A DNA stretch of 64,000 bases, from the NCBI GenBank assembly GCA_013115125.1, contig JABANN010000062.1, forward strand, positions 1-64,000, given 5' to 3'. Positions 23,856 through 36,100 of the stretch are shown here, one piece after another. Within the stretch, counting starts at the first letter, position 1. Every line of letters starts with the position of its first letter. This DNA is from Perkinsus olseni. Its lineage: Eukaryota. The position numbers and the translations under genes are program-made. The notes under the pieces are model-generated. The model searched no databases. It was not told the DNA's origin and saw nothing but the letters and a program-made list of their open reading frames with translations.

Positions 23856-25409
23856 TTACCAGAAACCCAGGAGCCACCAGTAACCCCAGCCAACAGTGTT
23901 AATGTAGATGACGTTAACGATCATCACACAAACACCTTGCCACAACCACCTCGACAGCTTAACGTAGCCCATAATGTAGTATGGGGGGTTAGAGGAGGAT
24001 GTATAATGAGTCAAATGCCCGGAAAGTGTCGTGTATGCTAAAGCACGGCAGCCGAGTTCCATAGGAACACCGGCATGCTGCATGATCTCGAGGAACAAAG
24101 AGAACATAGCAGAAACATGAGCAGTAATGGACGCGAAGAGGTACTGAGAGACATAGAAAATGAAAGTGCAAATCCACACAGCCGCGTAAGGGGGCAAAGA
24201 CGAGAGATCGATCTTGATAGCGAGCCATTGGAAGAAACCAGTATCCTTAAGCTGGGTGGCGATCATAAGAAGGACACCGAACCACAGGAAAAGATCCCAG
24301 GCAGAGCTGTTCTGAGCAATATCTTTCTTAACATCAATGATGCCAAGAAGAAGCAGCATGGACACACCCAAGATGGCGACACCAGTGGTACTGTAGGGCA
24401 CGTAAGCAATCATAGAAGATACAATCCACAAGATGATAATGCCGATGAAGACGCAAAGCATTGCGATCTCCTGCTTGGACATGCTACCCATTTCGGCGAG
24501 CTTCTCATTGGCAATGCTCTTGGCCTGAGGAGTTCTCTTGATCTCCGGGGGCATGATGCAGAAGACAACCAAAGGAGCATAGATAAGGGTGATGATACCC
24601 AAAGGGGCCATGCTGTAAGCCCAGCCACCCCAACCAATGTTCACACCGACATCAGCGCAGAACTTGGCCATCATAGCGTTCCAAGCACCTCCTGTGAGCC
24701 AGCAAACAGAGGAAGAGGTATTGGCGACGATCTCGTTCATGACGAGGTAAGTACCGATCCTCTTCTCAGTACCCTTGGCAGGATCAGAGCCGAAACCTTC
24801 CTTCAACAAAGGCGTAATAATAGGCAACAGAATACCGGCTGCACGGGCAGTTGAAGAAGGAATGGCAATAGCCAAGACGAACTCGCACAAGCAGAAACCG
24901 TAGGCAAGACCAAGAGTGGTAGATCCAAGATACTTCAGAATGATGAAGCAGATTCTCTTACCCAAACCACTTGTCACGAAACCACTGGCAATGAAGAATG
25001 CCATAACGACTAGCCACACGGTATCGTTACCGAATCCGGAAAGGACCTGGTCTGTTGACAGAATACTAGTAACAGTACAGAAACCCAAACCCACAATGCA
25101 ACTGGCAGACATGGGAAGGGGCTCCAGAACAGCACCGAGAATGATGACCAAGAAAGCAACGAACACTTGCCAAGTATGCGGCTCCAAATCAGAGGGATGG
25201 ACCCACCATAATGCTAGGGCGATGATAGCAAGGAGGATGAAGATAGGGATGTTGATACCCTTCCACTCATGCTCTTGCCAGTACTCCCATCTCTCCCACA
25301 TTTGACCCACTTTCGAGCCTTTGATCTTGTCCGACCACCGAGTAGTCCATTTCACGGGCTTCTCTTCGTGTACGTCCGACTCATAGACAGGGAGGTCTAC
25401 CTCGGACAT
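23856..25409 (-). CDS. DASS-family transporter, copy 5 (intronless)
   Basis: ORF from first ATG at 25409; GFGNDTVW, IPSSTARAAG, FASITAH, YTTLSGHLTHY. Confidence 0.93.
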   Translation of the reverse strand: MSEVDLPVYESDVHEEKPVKWTTRWSDKIKGSKVGQMWERWEYWQEHEWKGINIPIFILLAIIALALWWVHPSDLEPHTWQVFVAFLVIILGAVLEPLPMSASCIVGLGFCTVTSILSTDQVLSGFGNDTVWLVVMAFFIASGFVTSGLGKRICFIILKYLGSTTLGLAYGFCLCEFVLAIAIPSSTARAAGILLPIITPLLKEGFGSDPAKGTEKRIGTYLVMNEIVANTSSSVCWLTGGAWNAMMAKFCADVGVNIGWGGWAYSMAPLGIITLIYAPLVVFCIMPPEIKRTPQAKSIANEKLAEMGSMSKQEIAMLCVFIGIIILWIVSSMIAYVPYSTTGVAILGVSMLLLLGIIDVKKDIAQNSSAWDLFLWFGVLLMIATQLKDTGFFQWLAIKIDLSSLPPYAAVWICTFIFYVSQYLFASITAHVSAMFSLFLEIMQHAGVPMELGCRALAYTTLSGHLTHYTSSSNPPYYIMGYVKLSRWLWQGVCVMIVNVIYINTVGWGYWWLLGFW

Positions 25410-26817
25410 GGTTAGCAAATAACGTATCGCACTAAAATAAGAAAGTGTAAAACGAGCGTCCGCGCTAAAATCTTTTGCCCTTCCGCCTCAGCCGCGGAGC
25501 ACACAACTTTTTGTCCCTTTTCGAATAGCTATCCCGTTAGCACGCAAGCGCAACCTCACGTTTCTTGTCTACGATCGCGTGTGTGATAGCCCCTTGACAG
25601 AGTAAACAAAGCACCCGTGTATCAGCTTCACCCTACCCACCCCTTCAGAGTACCATTCGAAGTCGCCGTTCAACAGCTCGAGTGAACGTTCGAACCAGGG
25701 TCATGCGCATGCGTGCAAAATTGCCTCGCTCCCTCACGGAGTTTGGAATGGCGGGGCAAGCTCTTCCCAAGAGGGAATGGTCCTCGCCATCAAATCCGCT
25801 CAAGGATCGAATAGCGCCCTCCGGACTATCACCACGACCTCTTAAAGAGTCTCTCTGAGTATTGCACGTATGCGCGAAGGCCAACCGCGCCGGGTGGGAT
25901 GTGAGCGAAGTTCAGTGGCTGACCTTCAGGCACTCCGCTGAGTAATCGTTGGTCATGCCAAATTCACCATCATTGAATCACTGAATCCTTTCCGTCTTCC
26001 TAAGGAGTCGGTGATTGATTGTGCAAAATTTGGAGTACACTCGCACTGATCACAATTGCCTCCCTAATATTCGAAGACTCACGCTTGAGCATAGTCCACT
26101 CGGAGGAGCATTCAGTCATCCTCCCACTGGTTACCCATTAACCCATCCCCACCGACAGTATGATGCGACATGCATACTGATGCCCGAGGTTCCAAGGCTG
26201 TAAGACGCAGCTGTGTGATAAGGGGACTAGCAGTTCTTGGAACTATCACATTCCGTTCTCGGATTGAACGAAGGAGGTGTGGTGATCGCTTGCTTCAGCC
26301 TTAGGACCCCGCAAGCACAGCACGCAGAACTTATTGAATCAGGCTGATTCAATCAGCTATGGCTATGGCAAAGACACCTTGACTAGCTAACACCTCACAC
26401 AACTGGGGTATGGGTCCTCGGGTAAGGCCATAGCACAAGTTCTCATTAAGTTTAGGCTGCATAACCTTAACGTCACGTAGGCGACAGGCCCCCACGCCAC
26501 ACTTACTCATTCTTACCACTAAACTCAACAGGAATGCACACAATCTGACTAGATAAACTCACTTCGGGGTCACAAACAAGCAGCAGCTAGCACGCTGTTC
26601 ACAGCGAACATGATAGCCGCCAAATGCTCAATGGGAAATTTCGGAGAGGAAAAATATATTTACTTGGGGTACAATAAGGAGGCGTGCCTAGGCGCGATGC
26701 CAGGCCAGGGAGTGTCTGCTCCCACGTAGAATCGCGTTTAAGAAACTAAATAATACAATATTCGACAAAGGAAGGGAGACACAACTAAAATAAAGAATAT
26801 GAACTAAACAATAAGCA

Positions 26818-28524
26818 TCAATGCTTCCAGTAGCCAAGAAGCCACCAGTAGCCGAAGCTTACAGATATGAGCAAAACAAAATTGACACACAGCACAGCTA
26901 TGCCTGTAACCCACCACTGCTTGTTAGTGACATAACCCATGCCAAAGTATGCCGGATTGGCCGCCGAGGTATAGGGAGTCAAATGCCCCGACCAAGTACA
27001 CAGGGCCAGGGCGCGACAAGCAACCTGCGGCGGCACTCCAGCGGCCAAGGCCACTTGCAACAGAGCGGGGTACAGAGCCGATACGTGTGCTGTGATAGAG
27101 GCGAAGACATACTGGGTTACATAGAAAATCAAGCACACAACGAGAAGGCAAGCATACGGAGGAAGGGAGCTGAGGTCGATGAGGTCGGCCAACCAAACCC
27201 AGAAACCCTTGTTCTTCAACTCCGAGGCGAGCATGAGGAGGACTGAGAACCACAACAATAGGTTGAAGGCACCCTTATCAGTGATGATGTGTTTCTTGAC
27301 ATCGATGATACCACATAATAAGAGTACACCAACACCCATAGCGGCAACACCGGTAGATGTGAAGGGGAATATGTTCTTGACAATTGATGACAAGATCCAC
27401 AGTAAAACCATACCGATGAAGACCACGAGCATCGTAAGCTCCCTAGGCCCCATGGGGCCCATCTCCTCCAGCTTCTTTGTGGCCAGTTTTGGTGCCTCAG
27501 GAGTCTTCTTGACTTCGGGAGGGTAGAGAAAGTAGACTGTTAACGGAATACAGGCCAACTGTATGAGGCCGGCGGGCGCTTGGGAATATGCCCAGCCGAC
27601 CCAAGAGAGGTTCACACCAACGTCGTTCATGAACTGAACCATCATCGCATTCCAAGCGCCACCAGTGAGCCAGAAGGCAGCGGCGACAGCATCAGCGCTG
27701 ATCTCAACCAGAACGATGTAGGTCCCGATACGTCCTTGGGTCCCCAACTCGGGGTCCGATTGGAACGCTTCTTTCATGAGGGGGTGGAGGATAGGTAACA
27801 GGACACCAGCAGCTCTAGCAGTGCACGACGGGATGGCCAAGGAGAGGACTAGCTCGCAGAGACAGATACCATAACCAAGACCGAGAGTCGTGGAGCCCAC
27901 ATACTTGAGCACCATGAAGCACATACGCTTACCAAGGCCAGTGGCAGCGAAGCCGCTCGAAAAGAAGAAAGCAAACATGACGAGCCACACCGAACTGTTA
28001 GCAAAGCCCGATAGCATCTCCTTGGTGGTGAGAACACCAGTGACGGCGCAAACACCGAGACTGACCAAGCATACGCCGGCCAAAGGTAACGGTTCCGCGA
28101 CAGCAGCAACAATCGTGCAGACGAAGAGCACAAACACTTGCCACGTATCATGACCAAGTCCCTCGGGTACCAGCCACCACAGGATTAATCCAAGAGCGAA
28201 GATGGCCGCGACCTTCGGTATGCTCGCACCAGGCCATACATTCTCATGCCACTCCTTCAGCTGTAACCACTTGCGCTTAATCCCAGTAGGGGGCTCAGCA
28301 GGCTCCTTAGGGGCATCAGTGGTCATGGGCAAGACCTCGGTCGCATCACTAACGGTCTGCTTCTTGCGCCAGAAGCGCAGCCGGTCCCACTTCCCTCGGC
28401 TGATCGTGTTCGCTTCAGCTCTCGTATCAACCGAGCTCTCGTTCGCGGAAGAATCCGTTACAGGGCTGACCAAAGGCGCGGGCGCGTTTCCTTGCGGCGG
28501 CAGTACTTCACAAGCTCCACTCAT
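26818..28524 (-). CDS. DASS-family transporter, copy 6 (intronless, long N-terminal tail)
   Basis: ORF from first ATG at 28524; GFANSSVW, IPSCTARAAG, FASITAH; most similar to copy 1. Confidence 0.93.
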   Translation of the reverse strand: MSGACEVLPPQGNAPAPLVSPVTDSSANESSVDTRAEANTISRGKWDRLRFWRKKQTVSDATEVLPMTTDAPKEPAEPPTGIKRKWLQLKEWHENVWPGASIPKVAAIFALGLILWWLVPEGLGHDTWQVFVLFVCTIVAAVAEPLPLAGVCLVSLGVCAVTGVLTTKEMLSGFANSSVWLVMFAFFFSSGFAATGLGKRMCFMVLKYVGSTTLGLGYGICLCELVLSLAIPSCTARAAGVLLPILHPLMKEAFQSDPELGTQGRIGTYIVLVEISADAVAAAFWLTGGAWNAMMVQFMNDVGVNLSWVGWAYSQAPAGLIQLACIPLTVYFLYPPEVKKTPEAPKLATKKLEEMGPMGPRELTMLVVFIGMVLLWILSSIVKNIFPFTSTGVAAMGVGVLLLCGIIDVKKHIITDKGAFNLLLWFSVLLMLASELKNKGFWVWLADLIDLSSLPPYACLLVVCLIFYVTQYVFASITAHVSALYPALLQVALAAGVPPQVACRALALCTWSGHLTPYTSAANPAYFGMGYVTNKQWWVTGIAVLCVNFVLLISVSFGYWWLLGYWKH

Positions 28525-29702
28525 GACGAGGACCAAAAAGGGGTATCAAATGGACCGACGGTAGACGATAAGCACGTCACAAAACTCGGACGTTGGAGCG
28601 AATCGATAAAAAAGCTACAGCGACTCCTCCCGAGGACCGCTCCGCCTCATCGTACATTTTGACGGTCGGGGACAGATGACACAAAAGTCCATGATACGCC
28701 GGCTTGGGAGTCTTACAGCCTGTAAGTCTTCAAGCCTTAAGCCTGTAGGCCTGTAAGTCACAGGAGTTAATTGCGAACAACAGGATCCAGCATGTGGTTC
28801 TCAACAGTGATACCAGAGGGACTCCCGCGTCTTGCGAATCAAATTTTTACGTGACGCGCTCGGAAGCCTATTAAAATTCAGAGCTACCGTGGAAGGACCA
28901 TCGATGCTGGCTAGGAAACAAACACAGAAACACAGACAATTGAAGACTCTCTCGCATGGCACCCAATACTGTGCAAGTGGTCCCTTTCAATCTCTTCTGC
29001 TCCGGTATCGGTATATCCACTGTACCCACCCAAAGCATCGCTAACTCGACGCTCCCGTCCCTTGGCTGCAGAAAACCGGACCATTGAGCGACCATGTGTA
29101 TCCCGGAGTGAACAACGTCCTACACAGTGGGCATGGCTTGCAGTGCAACCATGACTACAGTCAATCGTGATTAGCCAAGCCACCTCGCTCAATGGAACCT
29201 GCCCGCGGGTGGTAGAGGGTGGGAAAAAAAGAATCGGACAGTCTCAGATACAACTAGCAATCGAATGAAGTAAACAGGTATCGTAACCACTACTCTTAGA
29301 CCTAGTTAGTAACGAGGAATGCAGGCACGTGCCGTAACATCATCATGATCACGAACACCATCATCATCATAGCCATCGTCATCATAACCAACTATCAGCC
29401 TGCCCTTGCACTCTTGCAATTCCTCCATTACCCTCGCGCCGATCTTGAACTCTCAAGCAAGGGTCCTTGCTTTTCCAATCAACTACATGGGCGTCTGCCA
29501 CAGCACAAAATTAAAAATATTCCATGGCTGCGATGCACAACTCAACACACTGGCAAAACAGAAATCACGGGCCGGAGAAGACGCTGCATTCACTCGAAGG
29601 AGCTTCGATAAAAACGAAGCGAACTGAAGTGGTTCACGAATCTACAGAGGTAGCACATGCTGATACCTTCGGCATCGTTACTAAAGGCAGTAAAACCGCT
29701 GG

Positions 29703-31325
29703 CTACTTCCAATACCCTAGAATCCACCAGTACCCGAACCCCACGGTAATCAGAATAATATAATTTACAACCATGACGACGATGCCCACCAACCACCAGC
29801 GCTTCGACGTCACGTAGCCGAGACCGTAGTAGGCTGGGTTCGAGGTACAGCCATAAGGAGTTATGTGCCCGGCCCAAGTGCACACCGCCAAAGCACGGCA
29901 GGCCACTTCAACTGGTACACCGGCACTCACACTGATCTGGACAAAGGCCGGGTAAAGGGCAGCCACTCGAGCTGTGATAGATGCGAAAGCATATTGGGAT
30001 AGGGTGAAAAGGAGACAGATGACACAAAGACAAGGGTAAGGCGGCAAAGAACGGAGATTGATCTTGCCGGATAGCCAGCTCCAAAAGCCGGCTTTTTCGA
30101 GTTGAGCCGCATACATAACGATCACAGCGAACCATATAAGTAAGTCAAAGGCACCACTGTCTGATACGATATCTCGCTTAACATCTATAACGCCTAGCAT
30201 AAGGAGGGCGGCAACTCCCAGCGTGGCCACTTCCGTGGCTGTGAGTGTAAAGATGGCAGGGAGCGATGACGACAATACCCATAACAAAATGATGAGAATG
30301 AAAACTATCAGCAGCGCTTTTTCTGGTAAGACCATCCGACCAATTTGCCTTAGTCGCTCTTCGGCGGCAGTGCGCGCTTCAGGAGTTCGTACGATCTCAG
30401 GACGACAAAGTGCAAAAATGAGAAGCGGCACAGCCGCCAAAGCGACCAAAACCACCGGAGCCAACGAGTAGGCCCAACCAAGCCAAGTGAGTTCCACGCC
30501 AGCATCGGCCATGAACTTGACCATCAGGGCATTCCAAGCACCAGCCGTGAGCCAACAGATCGCTGACATGGACGTGGCAGCATTCTGCACCATGACAAGG
30601 TAAATGCCGATCCGCCTCTGCGTCCCCATGGCTGGATCTGATTGGAAAGCTTCCTTAAGGAGAGGCTCTATTATAGGGAGGAGTATGCCCACAGCTTTGG
30701 CGGCGGCTGAGGGAATCCCGAGGCCTAGCACCACTCCACAGATACAGATGCCGTACGCCAAGCCGATGGTAGTTGAGCCGAGATACTTGAATACGATGAA
30801 GCAAATACGCCTACCAAGATCTGTAGCGACGAAGGCGGATGAAATAAAGAACGCAAATATGACAAGCCACACCGCTGCGTCAGCGAAGCCTGATAGGACT
30901 TGGTCCTCAGTGAGCGCTCCAGTTAAGGTGGCCAAGGCGATGCTGATCAAGCACACGCCCGTCAAGGGCAGTGGCTGAAAAACAGCGCCGACAATCGTAC
31001 AGAAGAAGACGACAAAAGTGTGCCAAACCTGAGGGCTCAGGCCAGAGGGGACAAGCCACCACAAGACGAGACCAAGAGCCAGAATGAGAAGGGCTACCGG
31101 AATGTGAATACCCGGCCAAACGTCTCTATGCCACCTTCTTGCGCTAGACCAGAAGCGAAACTCTCGCACGTTCGTCGGGGAGTCGAGAGCATCTCCCGTT
31201 GGCTTGTTTTCAGGCGGACATGCCCCACCTTCGGCACCTTCGAGGTAAGAGGCCCGAGGAGGGGTTGTGGAGATACTGATCGACTCTTTGGCCGACTGAG
31301 GAAGACCTTCTTCGGATGAACTCAT
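29703..31325 (-). CDS. DASS-family transporter, copy 7 (intronless, divergent substrate loops)
   Basis: 540-aa ORF; GFADAAVW, TDLGRR, IPSAAAKAVG, FASITARV. Confidence 0.92.
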   Translation of the reverse strand: MSSSEEGLPQSAKESISISTTPPRASYLEGAEGGACPPENKPTGDALDSPTNVREFRFWSSARRWHRDVWPGIHIPVALLILALGLVLWWLVPSGLSPQVWHTFVVFFCTIVGAVFQPLPLTGVCLISIALATLTGALTEDQVLSGFADAAVWLVIFAFFISSAFVATDLGRRICFIVFKYLGSTTIGLAYGICICGVVLGLGIPSAAAKAVGILLPIIEPLLKEAFQSDPAMGTQRRIGIYLVMVQNAATSMSAICWLTAGAWNALMVKFMADAGVELTWLGWAYSLAPVVLVALAAVPLLIFALCRPEIVRTPEARTAAEERLRQIGRMVLPEKALLIVFILIILLWVLSSSLPAIFTLTATEVATLGVAALLMLGVIDVKRDIVSDSGAFDLLIWFAVIVMYAAQLEKAGFWSWLSGKINLRSLPPYPCLCVICLLFTLSQYAFASITARVAALYPAFVQISVSAGVPVEVACRALAVCTWAGHITPYGCTSNPAYYGLGYVTSKRWWLVGIVVMVVNYIILITVGFGYWWILGYWK

Positions 31326-31495
31326 ACCCCCTGATGGGCTCTAGAGACAGAACTGCTACACTGCCTTGACTCATTACTAAACCAAACTCCCAAGTCGCGG
31401 TATGAAATTCGTTATGATCGTTGGAAGAAAGCAGTGGAGACTTATGGCCATGAAGACCAGCCACTCAAAGCAGTGGTACAGCAAGAATATATTCT

Positions 31496-33076
31496 TCATG
31501 ACTTCCAGTAACCCAATATCCACCAGAAGCCGAAGCCCACCGACATCAGCAGACACATGTTGACCACGAAAAGGACAACACCGAGCAACCACCACTCGCC
31601 AGTCTTGACGTATCCCATTGCGAAGAGGGGCGGGTTGGAGGAGGAAGTGTACGGAGTCAGGTGGCCAGACAACGTCGTGTAGGCCAGAGCACGGCAGCCC
31701 ATCTCCATCGGCACACCAGCCTGTTGCATGATGGATAGGAAGACCGGGAAGAGGGCCGACACATGAGCGGTGATAGAGGCGAAGGCATATTGTGTAGCGT
31801 AGAAAATGAAGGTAATCAGAATGGTAACAGGGACAGGAGACATCCCAGAGAGGTTGATCAGAGAGGCAAACCAGTCGAAGAATCCCTTCTCCTTGAGTTG
31901 AGTCGCCAGCATCAATAATACACCAAACCATATCAGCAGATCGAAGGCTCCCTGGTTACTAACAATGTCGTCTTTAACGTTTATGATACCCAGAAGCAAT
32001 AGACACGCCACTCCGACAGAGGCCACAGCAGCTGTGGAGAAGGGAAAGATGTCCTTGAGCATAGACGACAGAATCCAAAGCAGCACAACAAAGATGAAGA
32101 CTATCGTCATTTGTATTTCCCCGGCCGACATCGAACCCATCTCCTTCAACTTGTTCTCAGCGATACTCCTCGCCTCCGGCGTTTTCTTGATCTCAGGTGG
32201 GAAGATCAGGAAGATGACCAAAGGCGCGACGGCAAGGGGAAAGATGCCAACAGGAGCCATACTGTAGGCCCATTCAACCCACCCCACATTAACGCCCTCA
32301 TGCAGCATGAACTTGGCCATCAGAGCATTCCAAGCCCCACCAGTGAGCCAACTTATCGAGGAGATAGCGTTGGCAGCGGCCTCTACCAGGACCAGGTACT
32401 TTCCTATCAACTTCTCGGTGCCTTGCTTGGGCGTAGAACTGAAGCCTTCCTCCAATAAAGGCTGGAGGATCGGCAACATAATGCCGGCCGCTCGAGCCGT
32501 TGACGATGGTATGGCGATCGCCAGGATCAGCTCACAGAGGCAGAAACCGTAGGCCAGACCAAGGGTCGTTGTGCCCACCAACTTCAATACGTAGAAGCAG
32601 ATACGCTTGCCCAGGCCAGTAGAGACGAAGCCACTAGATATGAAGAAGGCGAAGACGATCAGCCAAACCGTGTCGTTGCCGAAGCCCGAGAGCATCTCCG
32701 CCGTAGTGAGGGTTTGAGTGAGGGCGATGATGGCGAGCATGACCAGGCACACGCCCGACATTGGCAGAGGCTCCATAATGGCTCCTAGAATGGTGACCAA
32801 GAAGAGAACAAAGATATGCCAAGTCTTTGGAGGGAGGCCCGATGGTACCACCCACCAGAGGGCCAAGGCGACCGCTACTAGAAGTAAGCACTCGAAAAGG
32901 TTAGCACCACGCCATTGTGTCTTATGCCAATACCACACCTTCTCGAACACATTCTTCTTTTTGGGTATACCGGTCTGCGGAGCTGGTAAAGCATCAACAT
33001 CAATACTAGACATAGATCTTCCACCCGAAGGACGACGCTCCTCCTTCGCAACAGTCGACGGACGACGGAAAGCCAT
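31496..33076 (-). CDS. DASS-family transporter, copy 8 (intronless)
   Basis: 526-aa ORF; GFGNDTVW, IPSSTARAAG, FASITAH, YTTLSGHLTPY. Confidence 0.93.
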   Translation of the reverse strand: MAFRRPSTVAKEERRPSGGRSMSSIDVDALPAPQTGIPKKKNVFEKVWYWHKTQWRGANLFECLLLVAVALALWWVVPSGLPPKTWHIFVLFLVTILGAIMEPLPMSGVCLVMLAIIALTQTLTTAEMLSGFGNDTVWLIVFAFFISSGFVSTGLGKRICFYVLKLVGTTTLGLAYGFCLCELILAIAIPSSTARAAGIMLPILQPLLEEGFSSTPKQGTEKLIGKYLVLVEAAANAISSISWLTGGAWNALMAKFMLHEGVNVGWVEWAYSMAPVGIFPLAVAPLVIFLIFPPEIKKTPEARSIAENKLKEMGSMSAGEIQMTIVFIFVVLLWILSSMLKDIFPFSTAAVASVGVACLLLLGIINVKDDIVSNQGAFDLLIWFGVLLMLATQLKEKGFFDWFASLINLSGMSPVPVTILITFIFYATQYAFASITAHVSALFPVFLSIMQQAGVPMEMGCRALAYTTLSGHLTPYTSSSNPPLFAMGYVKTGEWWLLGVVLFVVNMCLLMSVGFGFWWILGYWKS

Positions 33077-33189
33077 TGTCAGCAGCTTCTACGGCCAGAA
33101 CTACCAAAACCCACTATCACCCCCAGAACCAGGCACAAGCCGGCACCATAGAAACCTCACATGCAGTAAAGGAAATAATACAAACAACA

Positions 33190-36100
33190 CTATACATCCC
33201 CATTCAGCCGCACCGCTGCCGTCCCCCGATGCGCTCCATCGTGTGTTGACACCAGTCTCGCTCCGCTGCTCTGCAGATGCCGAATCAAAGCGGCCTCGAT
33301 GCTCTGAGCCTCTCCCTTTCCTCGAGCCAAGATACAGTCAATCGCGCTAATAACATGACTCCCTTCGAAGCGTCTCCGGTGCTGCTCCAGCCTCTGTGAG
33401 AGGTTCTCCGTCTCCCCAACATAGTACTCGCGTACTGCTTCGTCATCACAAGTACTCAAGGCGAGGATGTACACAACAGAGCTGGCCTGATACACAGGAG
33501 GGGGCATTGAATCTGGGCTAAGGTGCAGCAGGGTGTCAACGTGGTCCTGACTCGACACGGCAAGGAGAGCCTGTCCAAGGTCCACCTCCGCGGGCTTCTC
33601 GGGGAGGCCCAGAAGTTGCTCCACTGTTCTCTCATCCGCCAGCAGCCGGCGTAGCTGCATGGCTCGAGACACCATCGATGCTGGCAGGCCCGTCTGGCTG
33701 GCCGTGTAGATACCCATAGAATTACTGCATACCCCGGGCTCTATCTTGTACGTAACTTTTCGAGACGGGTGCGAGCTGTCCCCAGAGAGGCTATCCTCCT
33801 CGACCCGCATGCGCCAGCTGTCAATAGACTTCACCACTGCTGGTGACAGCACCCGCAACACATCAGCCTGTAGATGAGTAGCCCACAGACAGGCTATCCC
33901 GGCCGACACAAACCTCTCCAACTGGCTGCCCGTCAACGCAGCGCCGTCCACCGGTGACGTAGCCCGGCCAAACTCATCAACAACCACCAACGCCTTCGCC
34001 CCTGGCCTAGAAGCGTCCCGGTCAACAACCTTCAACGTAGCACACTCCAGTGCGTGCGCACTGAGCTGATCCGAAGGGCGATCTCCTCTAGGGAACATGA
34101 CCAGGACATCCGTAAGCCTGCTGATAGCCGTGCCCTCCGCACAAGGGGAGAAGAGGCCGGTGTTGGAGGTGAGGGCCAAGGCACAGATGCTCCTCAAGAA
34201 CGTGCTCTTCCCCGACTCATTACACCCAGTAATGAGAGCCAGCGGGGACCCCTGCCCCAGACAAAAATCGTTGACCCTGGCTGTACCCCTCGGAGGGCTG
34301 TCCATCCAATACGGCATCAACCCCTTCACACCGAGCTCCACCTTGTCCCCTTCGACCAAGTGAGCCATAGCCCATCCCCGTCTTAAGGCGTTCTCGGTAT
34401 GAAGATAGGCAAAGGTCAGCACTACGCACCAGTGAGAAGCTGCTATCAGCCCCTCTAGCAGAGTCGTCAGCTCAGCACACAACTCCCTCAGCATCCTCCT
34501 CGCCTTCGACCCCGCTGAGTCACAGGCAGTGATGTACCGCACAGCAGCCGCCTCCACCCCTTTGGTCGTCCAGTACTTCGAGGTCCCTTCACCTCTAGCA
34601 CGCCCTCGGCCCACAGTCGGATGATAGAAAGCCGCACTCCTGCCCTCCCTCGGCCTCCGCCTCAGCCCCACTGTATTACAGGAACTCTCATAGACAACCG
34701 CTGCTTCAGACGCTGCTGGCCACTCCCTGGTCATAGCCTCGAGAAGAGCCTCCCGAGCGGCCACTACCTCCGACCAATCGCCCTTCACTGAGCCAATAAA
34801 ACCGCTCTCATTCCGCTGAGTGAAGGCCTCCGGTAGAGGATAATGGTCATCGCCATTCACCTTGTCACTTCCGAACACCAACACCCGCTCTATCGCCTCT
34901 GCCGCTGCATCACACTGTTGCCGCATACGTCCCACATCACAACCACTTTCCGCTGCCACTATTCGACACAACGCCTCGGTGACCTCGGGGCTTTCGGCTG
35001 TCAGTGTGTCATAAGAAGCGACGACCGATCGAGAGCAGTCGTGGATGTCCTTGAGGAGGGCTATGTTGGCGTTGCCTGTCTGCAAGTACTGAACCTAGAA
35101 ACAACTCGAATGAATGAGGCATGACTGAGATCACAATCACGCGAGACATTCCGTGATATGCCAGCATCAACATTGGATACGTTAGAGGACAGGTCGGGAA
35201 GCGCAACCGGACGGGTAATACCATCTTCGGGACGTTGGTCGGCCTGAGCTGGGGCAGCGGACTCCTCATCGTCCGCAGAAACGACAGCAGGTGTCTCATG
35301 TCGTCAACGTACGCCCCCGAGGGTGGTCTCAGCAACCACCGTCGGGCGAATCGCAGTGTGTGAGCAGGAGCCGCTGGAGGCAACAAACTGTATACCTAGA
35401 AGAGAAGAAGCCCTGCAGCCGAGGGACCCCCGAGTAAATCAGCGCAGATGGTCGTTTGTCGGTATACCGAGACAAAAGGACATATGCTGGAGAAACAACA
35501 CAGCGTATAAGCCCTGGGCAAAGGGTTGTGCCGCTGACACTGAAACGCCTCTGTAAACTGCGTGCACTGTTGCAAAGTAACCTCCCTCAGCCAAACTCAC
35601 CAGATCCGGCACTCCCCCCTCGGACCCCCTCCCACCAAGAGGGCCATCGCTGCCCCCTGCCGATCTCCCACCGAAGGTTATCCCAACACAGTTGATGGCA
35701 TCCGTGTAGGGCGGGGATAGACCAGGAGGCCCCTTAGTCGTCCGCTCAACAGCTCTAAACTCATCGATAACCTTATCCCCCTCAGAGGCCAGCGACAGGC
35801 AGAAGGCCTCCTCTGACACCTTCCTCAAGACAGCATCAATAAAGCCGCCCACACCATCTAGCATCGGACACTCTACAGGATCCAGAGACACCGCGAAGGC
35901 TGGCGTAGGCTGAGGGAAGTGCCAGGTGCTCAGCCGTCGTGGCCTCTATCGTCCTACCTGCCCTTCAGCAGCTTCCACTGGTAGCCAGGCTGGAGGTAGA
36001 CCGATATCAGAGGACACTACCAACGGCAGGGCCGTGGCGCGATACCAACCAGATGCCGCCGCAAGGAGACCCATCACACCCTCTGGAGTGAGACAAGGGT

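Noticed and set aside
9787-33350. Many plus-strand ORFs overlapping the DASS and DUF4470 genes
   Set aside because: Antisense shadows of coding sequence; they recur in each paralogue and have no independent motifs.
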